Shown: positions 47,657 through 58,308, counted from the stretch's first letter. The stretch: DNA of 64,000 nucleotides from an uncultured bacterium (GCA_963813815.1 CAWFAD010000012.1:147590-211589); one strand, 5' to 3'. Numbers and translations: made by a program. The notes: generated by a model not told the origin, from the letters alone.

Positions 47657-48411
47657 TGGCCGCTCACCCCCTTGCACAGACGCAACGCGTTCGGCAACCG
47701 GTATCCCTCGACGTGGTTCGCGAACAGACGGTGCAGGAGCTCCCCGACCTCCCGGCGCTCGTCTCTGCCGAGCGCTCCGCGCCGCGCCGCGGCGAATCCT
47801 TCTCTCGCTATCAGCGAGAGACCGGCCGCCGCGCCGGACGACAGGACGCCCCCAGCGGCTCCGAGGCACGCCGCGCAGCTCACGTGCCCGCTCGCCGGAT
47901 CGACGGCGAACCTCTCGCCGGCGAGCTCCCTGCCGCAGATTCCGCATTCGCCGAGCGAGGGAAGCGAGCCGGCGAGCGCCAGCACGCCGATCTCGAGGGC
48001 GTAGAAGAGCGCCCACGGATCCTCCGCGGACGGCGCGAGCCGCATGAACTCCTCGATGAGGTCGAAGAGCCTCTCATCCGCGTCCCTCCCGACGACGGAG
48101 CGATCGATGATCTCGAGCCCCGCTTGGAAGATGCAGAGCCGCTCGAGATCGTCCGCCGGTCCCCCGCAGCTCTCCGCGGCGTCGCACTCCTTGAGAATCT
48201 GGAGCCCTCCGTCCGGCCGGAAATAAAACACCGTTTCGCAGACGCCCCCCGGGAAGAGGGCCCCGCGAAGCGGGCTCCGCTGGCGCCGCGCCCCCTTCGC
48301 CAGCAAGCGGAGCTTTCCGTGCGATCGCGTGAGGGCCACCACGATGACGCTCGACTCCCCGTACTCGTAGGTTCTCAGCACCACGGCGCGATCCTTCACG
48401 ATATCCTTCAT
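47653..48411 (-). CDS. recO: DNA repair protein RecO
   Basis: [42 protein letters not shown] has an N-terminal OB-fold pattern. Cys cluster CGICG...CAAC is present. 252 aa from ATG 48411 (ATGA overlap). Confidence 0.85.
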   Translation of the reverse strand: MKDIVKDRAVVLRTYEYGESSVIVVALTRSHGKLRLLAKGARRQRSPLRGALFPGGVCETVFYFRPDGGLQILKECDAAESCGGPADDLERLCIFQAGLEIIDRSVVGRDADERLFDLIEEFMRLAPSAEDPWALFYALEIGVLALAGSLPSLGECGICGRELAGERFAVDPASGHVSCAACLGAAGGVLSSGAAAGLSLIAREGFAAARRGALGRDERREVGELLHRLFANHVEGYRLPNALRLCKGVSGQ

Positions 48412-49058
48412 CGAGGAAGCGCTCCGTTCTCCGCCGTCCGGTGGGCGTCCGGCACGACGGCCCCGCCCGAGATGATCACCTTGAAGGCCTCCTGCACCGA
48501 GAGATCGGTCGGGAGCGCGTCCTCCGGCGGCACGATGACGAGAAATCCGCTCGTTGGGTTCGGCGAGGTCGGGATAAAGACGGCGAGCATGCTCTCGCCG
48601 GTTTCCTTCCGCGTCTTCAAACGCCAGTTCGCCGTGACGAAGCCGAGCATGTACATGTTGGGCCTCGGGTACTCGACGATCACGACGCGATCGAAAACGC
48701 TCCGCTCCTCCTTGAGAAACACCTCGCTGATCTGCTTGATGGCCAGATAAACGCCGCGCACCATCGGGATCCTCTCGAGCCCACCCTCGAGCCACCGGAC
48801 GAGGGTGCGCCCGAATATGCCGCCGCCCAACACCCCGGCCGCGAGCACGATGACGACCACCCCGAGGAACCCCAGCCCCGGAATGTCGAGATACGGATGA
48901 CGTGCGCTCAGGGGCTTCAGGATGCCGTCCACCCACACGAAAATGCGGTAGAGCACGTACACCGTCAGAACGGTCGGCAGTGTGATGAGCAGCCCCGTGA
49001 AAATTTTCCGCCTGAACCATTTCAGGAATCTTTGCCCGGCGCGGCGTCGTCCAGCCAT
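48408..49058 (-). CDS. DUF502-family membrane protein
   Basis: Two N-terminal TM helices (FTGLLITLPTVLTVYVLY, GLGFLGVVVIVLAAGVL), followed by a conserved ...PNPTSGFLV... motif that I associate with DUF502. Confidence 0.65.
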   Translation of the reverse strand: MAGRRRAGQRFLKWFRRKIFTGLLITLPTVLTVYVLYRIFVWVDGILKPLSARHPYLDIPGLGFLGVVVIVLAAGVLGGGIFGRTLVRWLEGGLERIPMVRGVYLAIKQISEVFLKEERSVFDRVVIVEYPRPNMYMLGFVTANWRLKTRKETGESMLAVFIPTSPNPTSGFLVIVPPEDALPTDLSVQEAFKVIISGGAVVPDAHRTAENGALPR

Positions 49059-50257
49059 ATGATCACCTCGGCGATGCGTTGTCCCTCGAGCCGTCCCACC
49101 CGGAACCGCATCCCCTCGTACGCCACCTCTTCCCCCTCGTCCGGAACGCGGCCGATCAAGTTATAGATAAATCCGCCGAGCGTGTCAACGTCATCGGCCG
49201 GAAGCGAGATCCCGAGCAGCCCGTTGAGCCTTTCGATCGCGGCGCGCCCGGCCACCGCGTACTGCCGCGGGCCGATCTGGCGCGCCAGCGGCGGCTCGTG
49301 ATCGTACTCGTCGAGGATCTCCCCGACGATCTCCTCGAGAATGTCCTCGAGGGTCACGATGCCGGAGGTTCCCCCGTATTCGTCGACGACGATCGCGATG
49401 TGATTCTTTTCGCGCTGAAACTCGCGCAGCAGCGCATCGATCTTCTTTCCCTCGGGGACGAAGTGAGCCTCGCGGACGATCCGGAGCCGTCCCAAGTGCA
49501 CGTCCTCGTCCCCCGGCGGTATCTTGAGGAGATCCTTCACGTAGAGCATCCCGACGACCCGGTCGATCGCGCCGTCCGTGACCGGCACGCGCGAATGCCC
49601 GGCGCTCGAAACGCGGCGACGGGCCTCGGCGAGCGTCGTATGGACGTCGATGGCGAAGATGTCGATGCGCGGCACCATGACCTCGCGCACCTTCTTGACG
49701 CCGAACTCCTGTATGCTCCTGATGAGCGAGCTCCCCTTGTGCTCGATGAAACCCTCCGCGTGGGTGTCCCGCGGGGGGGAAAACAGGAAAAAGGGAGAGG
49801 CGATCTCCCGGGGAAGGTTGGGAAACGCGAGCCCGATGAGCCGCAGAAACAGCCCCGCCACGGGCCGGAACACGAGGTACACCGGCATGAGGGGCCAGGA
49901 GACGGCGGCGGCGACGCGCGCGGGGGACATCGTCGCGAAGCCGAATCCAGCGACGATCACGGCGATCACGGACACCACTATCGCCGCGACGGCGACGGCC
50001 GCGTGGAGCATGTTTCCCTCCGCGGCGATCCAGCCGTGCAGACTGACGGCCATGCAGGAGATGAGAAGTGCCTCGAGGCCGAGCAGCGTGAGGATGAGAT
50101 GCAGCCGCCCGCGATGCATGATGAGCGCGAACGAAGCCCCGCGCATCCCCGCGGGAAAGGCTTCCTTTTCGTGAACGCGCGACAGCATCGCGAAGGCGGC
50201 GAACCCCGCGGAGACGATGAACTGGCACGCGTAGAGAACTCCGAGACTCACGATCAT
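49022..50257 (-). CDS. CNNM/TlyC-family protein (DUF21 TM domain, CBS pair, CorC_HlyC domain)
   Basis: N-terminal multi-TM region. [14 protein letters not shown]...GHSRVPV (CBS). [29 protein letters not shown] and the C-terminal transporter-associated domain. Confidence 0.85.
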   Translation of the reverse strand: MIVSLGVLYACQFIVSAGFAAFAMLSRVHEKEAFPAGMRGASFALIMHRGRLHLILTLLGLEALLISCMAVSLHGWIAAEGNMLHAAVAVAAIVVSVIAVIVAGFGFATMSPARVAAAVSWPLMPVYLVFRPVAGLFLRLIGLAFPNLPREIASPFFLFSPPRDTHAEGFIEHKGSSLIRSIQEFGVKKVREVMVPRIDIFAIDVHTTLAEARRRVSSAGHSRVPVTDGAIDRVVGMLYVKDLLKIPPGDEDVHLGRLRIVREAHFVPEGKKIDALLREFQREKNHIAIVVDEYGGTSGIVTLEDILEEIVGEILDEYDHEPPLARQIGPRQYAVAGRAAIERLNGLLGISLPADDVDTLGGFIYNLIGRVPDEGEEVAYEGMRFRVGRLEGQRIAEVIIWLDDAAPGKDS

Positions 50258-50296
50258 CCGATCGCCACTCCCCCCGCGCCGCCCCTCCGGCGGCGC

Positions 50297-50758
50297 TCAG
50301 GCAAAGAGCCTCTCGATCACGCGGGCGGAAAGACGGCCGCCGAGCAGCCGCCGCTCCGCCGATTCCATGCTCCGCTCCTCGGCGGCGGTGCCGTGCCGGC
50401 GCCCCCCGAGATGCAGGAGCCCGTGGACGACGAGCCGCACCGCGTACGCCCGGGGCGGGACGCCTCGCCTCCCCGCCCCCCGCTCGAGGGACGCCCAGCA
50501 GAGGCATATTTCGCCGAGCGGCGTCTCGCCGCGCGGACCCGGAGCGCCCGGATACGGAAAGGTGAGTATCTCGGCGGCTCCCCTTCGCCCCTTGTAGCGG
50601 CGATTGAGAGAGGCCATGCGGCGCTCGCCGACGAGCGCGACCGCCACCGCGCGTCCGCGAGGACGAAGCGGCGCCGCGAGCGCGCGCAGGGTTTCCCCGA
50701 TCCGATCGATCTCGCTCCGCCCGCGGACTCGCCGGGAACCGTCGATCACGATCCTCAT
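50297..50758 (-). CDS. ybeY: rRNA maturation endoribonuclease YbeY
   Basis: Metal-binding spacing HGLLHLGGRRH (H-x3-H-x5-H). 153 aa. Sits in the conserved position between pgpH and tlyC-like genes. ATGA overlap with the pgpH stop. Confidence 0.8.
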   Translation of the reverse strand: MRIVIDGSRRVRGRSEIDRIGETLRALAAPLRPRGRAVAVALVGERRMASLNRRYKGRRGAAEILTFPYPGAPGPRGETPLGEICLCWASLERGAGRRGVPPRAYAVRLVVHGLLHLGGRRHGTAAEERSMESAERRLLGGRLSARVIERLFA

Positions 50759-53001
50759 GAGGGCTCCCCTCCCTCGGACGCCGAGCCCTCCCCGCGCTGC
50801 CCCGGATAGGCGATGCGGGGATGGAACACGCTCGTGAGGAGCTGGATGAACTTCTCGCGGATCACGGCGATGTCGTTCAACGTCAGCCCGCTCTCGTCGA
50901 GCTCGCCGTCGGCGGTGCGCATCTCGATGATCTTCTGAACGATCGCCCGAATCTTCGGAACCGTCGGATCGCGGAGCGACCTCACCGCCGCCTCGCAGGA
51001 ATCGGCGAGCATGATGAGGGCGGTTTCCTTGGAGCGAGGTCTCGGCCCGGGATAACGGAAATCGTCGGCGTTGACGCTGTCGTTCGAATCGTACTCGAGC
51101 GCCTTCTGGTAGAAATAGGCCATCACCGTGCGCCCGTGATGCTCGCGGATCGCCTCCACGATGATCCGGGGAAGCTTTTCGCTCCGCGCGAGCTCGACCC
51201 CTTCCTTCACGTGAGCGACGAGTATAATGGCGCTCATCCGCGGCGCGAGCTTTTCGTGCTTGTTCTCCCGCTCCCCCGTGTTCTCGAAGAAGTACTCCGG
51301 CTTCGAGAGCTTGCCGATGTCGTGGTAGTAGGCGCCGACCCGCGCCTCGAGCCCGTTCGCCCGGACTTCGCGGGCCACCGTCTCGACGAGATTGCCGACC
51401 ATGAGCGAATGGTGGTACGTGCCCGGAGCCTCCATGATGAGCCGGCGCAGCAGCGGCCGGTTGAGGTCGCTCAGCTCCATGAGCGTGAAATTCGTCGTGA
51501 GATCGAACAGCGATTCGAAGACGGGCAGGAGAAACATGACCATGATGGTGCAGACGAGCGCGTTGGCGATTCCGAACGCCACATCCCGGGCGAACGCGGC
51601 GGGCGAGATCCCCTCGGCGACTCCGAATCCCGCGATGCCGATGACGTACGCGGCCGACACGGAGAAGAACACCGTGTAGAAGCTCCGCCGGTCGCGCAGG
51701 TGGGCTATGCTGATGATGCCCGCCGCGCCCGCCATGAGCGCCGTAAAAGCGTACCCCGCCGGAAGCGCCGTGTTGACCACGATGAGAAACGACGCGAAGA
51801 GGGTGAGCAGCACCGCGGCGTGCACGCCGAAGAGCGAGGTCGACAGAAGCGCCACGAAAGCCGTGGGAATGAGCCGCGCGTCGAGAGAGGGAAGCCGCAT
51901 GACGATCGCCGTCAGGACGAGGTACAGGGCGATGATGATGAACGCGAGCGTCGCGCGGTCCCGCTCGGCGGCGAGCCGCGGTTCGAAGCGACGCAGGGCC
52001 AGCGCGAGCAGGGCGAGGAGCGAGGCTATCCGGAGCCCCTTGCCGAACACGAGCCAGAGCCGTCCCCCGATCGACGTGGCGAGCTCGCGCGCCATCCGCT
52101 TCTGCTCCATCGCCTGCAGGATGGCGACCTGGCGCGCCGCCACCCGGTCGTGCCTCGCCACGATCCGCGTGCCCCGCGAGACGGTGAACGAGCGGTCGAC
52201 CGACCGCATCGCCTCGTCGCGGCGCTTCTTCGTCTCGGCCACGTCGAACACGAGGTTGGCCGTGAGGTTGGCGCGAAGGACGGAGTGAAAGAGGCGCGCC
52301 GCCTTCTCGTTCTGGGGAAAAATCTTGCGCCCCTCGGCCATGATGACGGTCTCGAGATCGTTCTGATCGACGAGCGAGGCCGCGGAAACGAGCGACTCGT
52401 CCTCCTCGGAGATCACGGTGATGCGATCGTAGGCGCGACGCCGGAGCGGGGCGCCGTCGTTTACGATCCCCCGCTGCAGGAGCGATTTCTGGAGCCGGGC
52501 GCTCTCCGTTTGCATCCGGGCGCGGATCGAGCCGTCGACGAGGAGCTCCACCGCCTCCCTCCGCATCTCGGGCGCGGCGGCCTTGATGCGCGATACCTTC
52601 TCGCGAACCGATTGATCGGACTCCGCGATCTCCCTGATCCGCTCGAAGAGCCCCTTGAGATCGTCGGGGAGATGTTTCGCGGCGCCTTCCTCGCGCACGA
52701 ACACGGGCGGAATCTCGATGGCGGCCTTCGCCCGCCCGAGATCCACCTCGTGATCGGGAAGCGGCACGTCGAAGCCGAACGGGGCGACGATGTCGACGTC
52801 CGCCACGTCGCCCTCCGAGAACCGCACGCTCTTCTGCTTGTGCCCCGGGGGAAAGAGGACGAGCGAAAGGACGAGTATCGCCGCCAGGTAGACGAGCGGC
52901 AGGCGCCCGCGGCGAAACAGAGCGGCGGGATTGAAACGGCTGGACGAGGCGCCCGGGGACGCTTCGCCCCGCTCCCCGGCGCGCGCGAGGCGGCTAGTCA
53001 T
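50755..53001 (-). CDS. pgpH: 7TM-HD membrane phosphohydrolase (PgpH/YqfF-like, putative cyclic-di-AMP phosphodiesterase)
   Basis: N-terminal extracytoplasmic domain, seven hydrophobic helices and HD-domain motifs YHHSLMVGNLV...GAYYHDIGK. Start is either ATG 53001 (8-nt overlap with phoH) or 53028. Confidence 0.8.
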   Translation of the reverse strand: MTSRLARAGERGEASPGASSSRFNPAALFRRGRLPLVYLAAILVLSLVLFPPGHKQKSVRFSEGDVADVDIVAPFGFDVPLPDHEVDLGRAKAAIEIPPVFVREEGAAKHLPDDLKGLFERIREIAESDQSVREKVSRIKAAAPEMRREAVELLVDGSIRARMQTESARLQKSLLQRGIVNDGAPLRRRAYDRITVISEEDESLVSAASLVDQNDLETVIMAEGRKIFPQNEKAARLFHSVLRANLTANLVFDVAETKKRRDEAMRSVDRSFTVSRGTRIVARHDRVAARQVAILQAMEQKRMARELATSIGGRLWLVFGKGLRIASLLALLALALRRFEPRLAAERDRATLAFIIIALYLVLTAIVMRLPSLDARLIPTAFVALLSTSLFGVHAAVLLTLFASFLIVVNTALPAGYAFTALMAGAAGIISIAHLRDRRSFYTVFFSVSAAYVIGIAGFGVAEGISPAAFARDVAFGIANALVCTIMVMFLLPVFESLFDLTTNFTLMELSDLNRPLLRRLIMEAPGTYHHSLMVGNLVETVAREVRANGLEARVGAYYHDIGKLSKPEYFFENTGERENKHEKLAPRMSAIILVAHVKEGVELARSEKLPRIIVEAIREHHGRTVMAYFYQKALEYDSNDSVNADDFRYPGPRPRSKETALIMLADSCEAAVRSLRDPTVPKIRAIVQKIIEMRTADGELDESGLTLNDIAVIREKFIQLLTSVFHPRIAYPGQRGEGSASEGGEPS

Positions 53002-54037
53002 GGCTCCCGTCCGCCGGCGGCCCCCCACCCTCCACCGGGGCCGAAGCCGGAGAGCCGGCGGCGCCCGGGCGTTCGAAGCGCCCCGCGCGGGCGCTCCAGG
53101 CGCCGATGATGAGCTTCACGAGCCGGTGGCGAACGACGTCCTCTTCGCCGAAAGTCACGAACTCGATCCCCTCGACGCCGGCGAGGATTTCGCGCGCGGC
53201 CACGAGCCCCGAGCGCGACGGGTCGGCGAGATCGATCTGCGTGACGTCGCCGGTGACGATCGCCTTGGACCCTTCGCCGAGTCTCGTGAGAAACATCTTC
53301 ATCTGGCCGACGCTGCAGTTCTGCGCCTCGTCGAGAATCGCGAACGCGTTCTCGAGCGTGCGTCCGCGCATGTACGCGAGCGGCGCTATCTCGACGGCGC
53401 CCGTTCCGATCATGCGCGCGATCCGGTCGGCTCCCAGCATGTCGCGGAGCGCGTCGAAGATCGGCCGCAGATAGGGCTCGATCTTCTCCTGCAAATCGCC
53501 CGGAAGGTACCCGAGGTTCTCTCCCGCTTCGACCACCGGCCGCGATATGAAGATGCGCTCGATGGCGCCGCTCTTGAGACCCGCGAGCGCCGAGGCGATG
53601 GCGAGGTAGGTCTTTCCCGTTCCGGCCGGTCCGATGGCGAAGACGATGTCGTGGGATGCTATGGCGTCGATGTAATCCTGCTGGTGGGCGCTTCTCGCGA
53701 CGACTCCGCGCCGTCTCGCCGGGGAGTAGAAAACGCTCGCCGTCTCCTCCCGGGGCGCCGCCCTCCCGATCCTCCCGCCCCCGCCGATCGCGGTGAGGAC
53801 GTCGCCCTCGGTCACCGGACGCCCACCGCCTGCGATCTCGATGAGCCTCTCGACGACGCGCGTGAGCTGCTCGACGCGGCGCGGGGAGCCCGTGATGACG
53901 ATCTCGTCTCCGCGCAGAGCGATCCGCTCGTCGAAATGCTCCTCGATGAGGCGCAGGTTTCGGTCCCCCACCCCGAGGAGGCGCACCGGGTCGATCCCCG
54001 CGATCGATACGAGCCGCCGTTTGAAGTCGCGTTTCAC
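52994..54037 (-). CDS. phoH: PhoH-like ATPase
   Basis: Walker A GPAGTGKTYLA, plus PGDLQEKIEPYLRP, LAYMRGRTL and AILDEAQN. GTG start. Confidence 0.9.
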   Translation of the reverse strand: MKRDFKRRLVSIAGIDPVRLLGVGDRNLRLIEEHFDERIALRGDEIVITGSPRRVEQLTRVVERLIEIAGGGRPVTEGDVLTAIGGGGRIGRAAPREETASVFYSPARRRGVVARSAHQQDYIDAIASHDIVFAIGPAGTGKTYLAIASALAGLKSGAIERIFISRPVVEAGENLGYLPGDLQEKIEPYLRPIFDALRDMLGADRIARMIGTGAVEIAPLAYMRGRTLENAFAILDEAQNCSVGQMKMFLTRLGEGSKAIVTGDVTQIDLADPSRSGLVAAREILAGVEGIEFVTFGEEDVVRHRLVKLIIGAWSARAGRFERPGAAGSPASAPVEGGGPPADGSHD

Positions 54038-54118
54038 GGCACCCCCGAAACACGAGAACTCCTGGCCCCTTCCGCGGAAGCCAAGAGTTCCCGTTCCGAG
54101 CCTCTCACGAGCTCCGTA

Positions 54119-54820
54119 TCACTGCAGCGTATCCGGCCGCGGTATCACGAGCTCCTGGGCGGGGAAGATGAGATCGGGATCCCGTATCAGGTCCCGGTTC
54201 GCCTCGTAGATGAGGGGCCATTTGCTGTAATCGCCGTAAATCTCCCAATAGCCCGCGATCCTGCTGAGCCATTCGTCCTGCGCGACCGTGTATTGATACG
54301 GATGTTCGCGAGGAATGGTGAGCTCCCAGCCCGCGAGCACCCAGTCGGGATCCTCGATGAGCTGCTTGTTGCTGCGGTAGATGCGGGGCCACTTGAGGGG
54401 ATCCTTGTAAATCTCCTCCTTCGACGCGAGCGTCCAGAGGCATTCGCCGTACTGGAGCTTCCACGTCGCCGGAAGCTTCTCGAGCTCCTGAAGCTGCTTG
54501 GAGAGCTCGTCGATCTCCGTCGCATAGGCGGTGTATTCGCGCTCGGCGTCGCGCACCTCGCGCGTCAGACGCTTGATTTTTTCCTTGTTGCCCTCGAGCT
54601 CGGCCTCCGCATTCTTCGACCGGTCTTGCAGCGCGTCGAACTCGGAGGAGAGCGCCTTGCAGTACGCCTCTCTATCGCTCTTCGAGAGCTTCCCGTACTC
54701 CGTATCCTCGTAATACTCGCCCTTCGTGATATCAACAGGTCTCGCCTTGTAGCCGCTGCAGCCCGTGATTGCGAGGAGCGCGGGAAGGACCCCGAACAAC
54801 ACGATGCTTCTCATACGCAT
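54119..54820 (-). CDS. Lipoprotein with coiled-coil segment and two LysM-like domains
   Basis: Lipobox LAITGC. Heptad-rich central region. Two repeats of ...W.LA.....Y.D..KWP.IY..N..LI.DPD.....EL.IP. Confidence 0.7.
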   Translation of the reverse strand: MRMRSIVLFGVLPALLAITGCSGYKARPVDITKGEYYEDTEYGKLSKSDREAYCKALSSEFDALQDRSKNAEAELEGNKEKIKRLTREVRDAEREYTAYATEIDELSKQLQELEKLPATWKLQYGECLWTLASKEEIYKDPLKWPRIYRSNKQLIEDPDWVLAGWELTIPREHPYQYTVAQDEWLSRIAGYWEIYGDYSKWPLIYEANRDLIRDPDLIFPAQELVIPRPDTLQ

Positions 54821-54841
54821 ATTCGCGACACTCCTTGCAGG

Positions 54842-55132
54842 CTATTCCCTGCCGCTCCCCTTCTTGAGATCGTCCACCTTCTTGCGCAATTCGGCCGGCT
54901 TTTCCTTGATCTGTTCGATGTCGCCCTTCTTGCCGGCGAGCTTCTTCTCGAGCTCGGCCACGTTTTTCGCCGTCTCCGCCGCTTCCTGTTCGTATGTCTC
55001 CGCGTCGAGCCGCGTCTCGTCGAGCGTCACGAGACTGGTCTGGCACGGCGGAGCCTCCCCGCATCCTCCGGAAAAGAGGGCGACGGCGAGGAGGAGGAAC
55101 ATACTGCATGCCCCCAAACCGCGCAATTTCAT
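54842..55132 (-). CDS. Small coiled-coil lipoprotein
   Basis: MKLRGLGACSMFLLLAVALFSGGC carries a lipobox. ATG 55132 is preceded by AAGGAG 9 nt upstream. Charged helical remainder. Confidence 0.55.
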   Translation of the reverse strand: MKLRGLGACSMFLLLAVALFSGGCGEAPPCQTSLVTLDETRLDAETYEQEAAETAKNVAELEKKLAGKKGDIEQIKEKPAELRKKVDDLKKGSGRE

Positions 55133-55241
55133 AACTCCCACTCCTTCTTACGGTTATACTTGACGATGTATAGTAACTACGTTAATAACGCTTCGACGCA
55201 AAGTCAAGGAAAAAGCCCGCCCCCTCCGCCGCCGGACCCGG

Positions 55242-57038
55242 CTACCCGCGGCGCCCCTCGTCCTTCTTGATCGCGATGTGTAGATCGTCGAGCAGCTCCG
55301 GTTCGACTTCGGACGGAGCGCCCTCCATGAGGGAGGCGGCGCTCGCCGTTTTCGGGAAGGCGATATAATCCCGTATCGACGAGCCTCCCCCCATGAGCAT
55401 GGCGATGCGATCGACGCCGAGGGCGATTCCCCCGTGCGGCGGCGCGCCGTACTGGAACGCCTCGAGCAGAAACCCGAAGCGCTTGGCGGCCTCCTCGCGC
55501 GGAATGCCGATGATCTCGAAGAGCCGCTCCTGCAGCTCGCGGCGATGGATGCGGATGCTTCCCGATCCGAGCTCGGTGCCGTTGCAGACGAGATCGTACA
55601 GGTGGCCGCGAACGGAGCCGGGGTCGGCGTCGAGACGCGCGATATCCTCCTCGAGCGGCATCGAGAATACGTGGTGAGCGGGCTCCCATCCGCCCCCCTC
55701 CGCCCTCACAAAGAGGGGAAACCGGTTCACCCAGAGGAACCGCCGCTCCTCCGAACCGGAGACGAGGTGAGCCCTGCCGATATGGAGCCGCAGCTCCGCG
55801 AGCGACCTCGAAACGATCTCCGGGGTTCCCGAGACGAGCAGTATGAGCGCCGGGCCCCGGGCCGAGAAGACGCCGCGCAGGCTCGCGATCGAGCCTTCGT
55901 CGAGAAACTTCGCGATCGAGGAGCTCGTCCCCGACTCCTCGCATTTCACCCAGACGAGACCGCCGGCCCCCGCGCCCTTCGCGATCGTCTCGAGGTCGGC
56001 GATCTGGCGGCGCGAGAAAGACGCGCCCCGCTCGAAACTGATCCCCCTCACGACCCCTCCCCCCTCTATCGCCGACCGGAAAACGCCGAACGCGCTCCCG
56101 CGGAAGAGGTCGCTGCAGTCCCGTATCTCGAGGCCGAACCTGAGATCCGGCTTGTCGCTGCCGTAGAGGCTCATCGCCTCGCAGTAATCCATCCTCGGGA
56201 AGGGAAGGGTGAGCTTCACGCCGGCCGTCGCCTCCCAGATCACGGCCATGAGGCGCTCGACCACGTCGAACACGTCCTCCTCGGTGATGAAGCTCATCTC
56301 GATATCGATCTGCGTGTGCTCGGGCTGGCGATCGGCGCGGAGATCCTCGTCGCGCAGGCAGCGGGCGAGCTGAAAATATCGGTCGAATCCCGCGACCATG
56401 AGTATCTGTTTGTAGAGCTGCGGGCTCTGGGGAAGCGCGTAGAACTTGCCGGGCTGGAGCCTGCTCGGCACGAGGTAGTCGCGGGCTCCCTCGGGCGTGC
56501 GGCGCACGAGCATCGGCGTCTCGATCTCGAGAAACCCCTCGCTCGAGAGAAACCGGCGCACGCCGAGCGTGAGATCGTGGCGCATGGCGAGGTTGCGCTG
56601 CAGCGGCTCGCGCCGGAGGTCGAGGTAGCGGTAGCGCAGGCGCAGGTCCTCGTTCGCCTGAACGTCCGTCGTAACGGTGAAGGGCGGCACTTCGCTGCGG
56701 TTGAACACGGCGGCCTCCGCGGCGACGACCTCGATCTCGCCCGTCTTCATCCCCGCGTTAACCATCTCGGCCGGCCGCCCCCGCACGACGCCCTCGCAGG
56801 CGATGACGTCCTCCGCGCGAAGCGAGTGGAAGAGCTCGTGAAGCCCGGCCGCGCCCGACTCGACGACGAGCTGGACGACGCCCGTCCGATCCCAGAGATC
56901 GAGAAAGGTGAGCCCGCCAAGCTCGCGGACCCTCTTTACCCATCCGGCCAGCACGACGCGCGACCCGTCGTCGCGGGCGCACACCTCGCCGCACCGGTGC
57001 GTGCGCTTCCATCTGTCACTGTACCGTTCGAGACCCAT
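55242..57038 (-). CDS. aspS: Aspartate--tRNA ligase
   Basis: FLDLWDRTGVVQLV (OB fold), QSPQLYKQILMVAGFDRYFQLARCLRDEDLRADRQPEHTQID (motif 2 region) and GGIALGVDRIAML (motif 3). Confidence 0.92.
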   Translation of the reverse strand: MGLERYSDRWKRTHRCGEVCARDDGSRVVLAGWVKRVRELGGLTFLDLWDRTGVVQLVVESGAAGLHELFHSLRAEDVIACEGVVRGRPAEMVNAGMKTGEIEVVAAEAAVFNRSEVPPFTVTTDVQANEDLRLRYRYLDLRREPLQRNLAMRHDLTLGVRRFLSSEGFLEIETPMLVRRTPEGARDYLVPSRLQPGKFYALPQSPQLYKQILMVAGFDRYFQLARCLRDEDLRADRQPEHTQIDIEMSFITEEDVFDVVERLMAVIWEATAGVKLTLPFPRMDYCEAMSLYGSDKPDLRFGLEIRDCSDLFRGSAFGVFRSAIEGGGVVRGISFERGASFSRRQIADLETIAKGAGAGGLVWVKCEESGTSSSIAKFLDEGSIASLRGVFSARGPALILLVSGTPEIVSRSLAELRLHIGRAHLVSGSEERRFLWVNRFPLFVRAEGGGWEPAHHVFSMPLEEDIARLDADPGSVRGHLYDLVCNGTELGSGSIRIHRRELQERLFEIIGIPREEAAKRFGFLLEAFQYGAPPHGGIALGVDRIAMLMGGGSSIRDYIAFPKTASAASLMEGAPSEVEPELLDDLHIAIKKDEGRRG

Positions 57039-57039
57039 G

Positions 57040-58308
57040 TCACATCCGTTCCCGGCGCACCGCCGCCTCGATGCGCCCGGCGCACTCGGCGGGGGTCAGC
57101 GTCTCCTGCAATCCCGTCGCGAGGTCCTTGAGCGCGACCGTTCCGGGCGCGAGCTCCTCGAGGCCTGCGATCACCGCGAAGCGGGCGCCCAGCGCGGAGG
57201 CGGCCCCGAGCTGCTTCTTGAACCCGCGGCCGGAAAGATCGACCACGGCCGACGCTCCCCGTGCGCGCAGGTCGCGCGCGAGGGAAAGCATCCCGGCCGC
57301 GAGCCCCTCGTCGACGACGATGCAGTACGCGTCCGTCGTCGAAGAGGGCCTGAACCCGGGGGCCGATTGCGGCAGTATCTCCAGCAGCCGCTCGAGGCCG
57401 GCGGAAAATCCCACGGCCGGCACGCTCGGCCCGCCGCAATCCTCGGCGAGGCCGTCGTAACGCCCTCCGCCGCAGAGGGCGTTCTGGGCGCCGAGGGCCG
57501 GGTGCAGGATCTCGAAGGCCGTTTTCGTATAGTAATCGAGCCCGCGCACGAGCAGCGGATCGAGAACGAAGGGGATCCCCATCTCGCGGAGCATCCGCTG
57601 GAGGGATTCGAAATGGCTGCGGCAGGAGCCGCACAGATGCGCCGTGATGAGCGGCAGCTTTTCCTTGACGGGCCCGCATTCCTTGCAATCGAAGATGCGG
57701 AGCGGATTCACGGCCGTGCGGCCCGCGCACGCCGCGCAGAGCTCCGAGACGCGGGATGCGAGAGCCTCGGAGAGAACCTTCCTGAACGCGGGGCGGCATT
57801 CCGGGCAGCCGACGCTGTTGAGCCTCACCTCGAGCGGCGGAAAACCGATCTCGCGATAGAGCCCGAGCGCCACGTCGATGATCTCGGCATCGATGGCGGG
57901 GCCGGGAGAGCCGATCGCCTCGGCGCCGATTTGGTGGAACTGGCGGTACCTGCCCGCCTGCGGCCTGTCATAGCGGAACATCGGACCGATATAATAGAAA
58001 CGGCTGACGCCCCCCGCGCGCTGAAGACCGTTCTCGAGGTACGCGCGCATCACGGGAGCGGTGTTCTCGGGGCGGAGGGTGAGGCTGCGTCCCTTCTTGT
58101 CGGTGAAGGTGTACATCTCCTTGGTGACGATGTCGGTCGCTTCCCCCACCGTGCGCACGAAGAGCTCCGTCGCCTCGAAGACGGGCGTGCGGATCTCGCC
58201 GTAGCCGCAGCGCCCGAGGTACGCCGCGAGCGCGAGCTCGACCTTGCGCCAGAGCTCCATGCTCTCGCCGAAGAAGTCGTTCGTTCCGCGCGGTCTCGTG
58301 AATTTCAT
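57040..58308 (-). CDS. hisS: Histidine--tRNA ligase
   Basis: RGTNDF, MYTFTDKKGRSLTLRPENTAPVMRAY, RFYYIGPMFRYDRPQAGRYRQFHQIG and GGGRYDGL. ATG 58308 (ATGA overlap). The longer track ORF is an out-of-frame extension. Confidence 0.92.
   Translation of the reverse strand: MKFTRPRGTNDFFGESMELWRKVELALAAYLGRCGYGEIRTPVFEATELFVRTVGEATDIVTKEMYTFTDKKGRSLTLRPENTAPVMRAYLENGLQRAGGVSRFYYIGPMFRYDRPQAGRYRQFHQIGAEAIGSPGPAIDAEIIDVALGLYREIGFPPLEVRLNSVGCPECRPAFRKVLSEALASRVSELCAACAGRTAVNPLRIFDCKECGPVKEKLPLITAHLCGSCRSHFESLQRMLREMGIPFVLDPLLVRGLDYYTKTAFEILHPALGAQNALCGGGRYDGLAEDCGGPSVPAVGFSAGLERLLEILPQSAPGFRPSSTTDAYCIVVDEGLAAGMLSLARDLRARGASAVVDLSGRGFKKQLGAASALGARFAVIAGLEELAPGTVALKDLATGLQETLTPAECAGRIEAAVRRERM

Noticed and set aside
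52998-54053. 351-aa alternative-frame ORF overlapping phoH, and similar same-strand alternative frames (3628-6429, 6666-8048, 45787-46734, 49191-50507, 60675-61823)
   Set aside because: The phoH frame, and the other annotated frames, carry the Walker and family motifs. The alternative frames are Arg/Gly/Pro-rich with no motifs.
55142-55241. Possible terminator downstream of aspS (GC-rich segment followed by T5)
   Set aside because: I could not draw a convincing stem. The GCCGG/CCGGC pairing leaves only a 2-nt loop.
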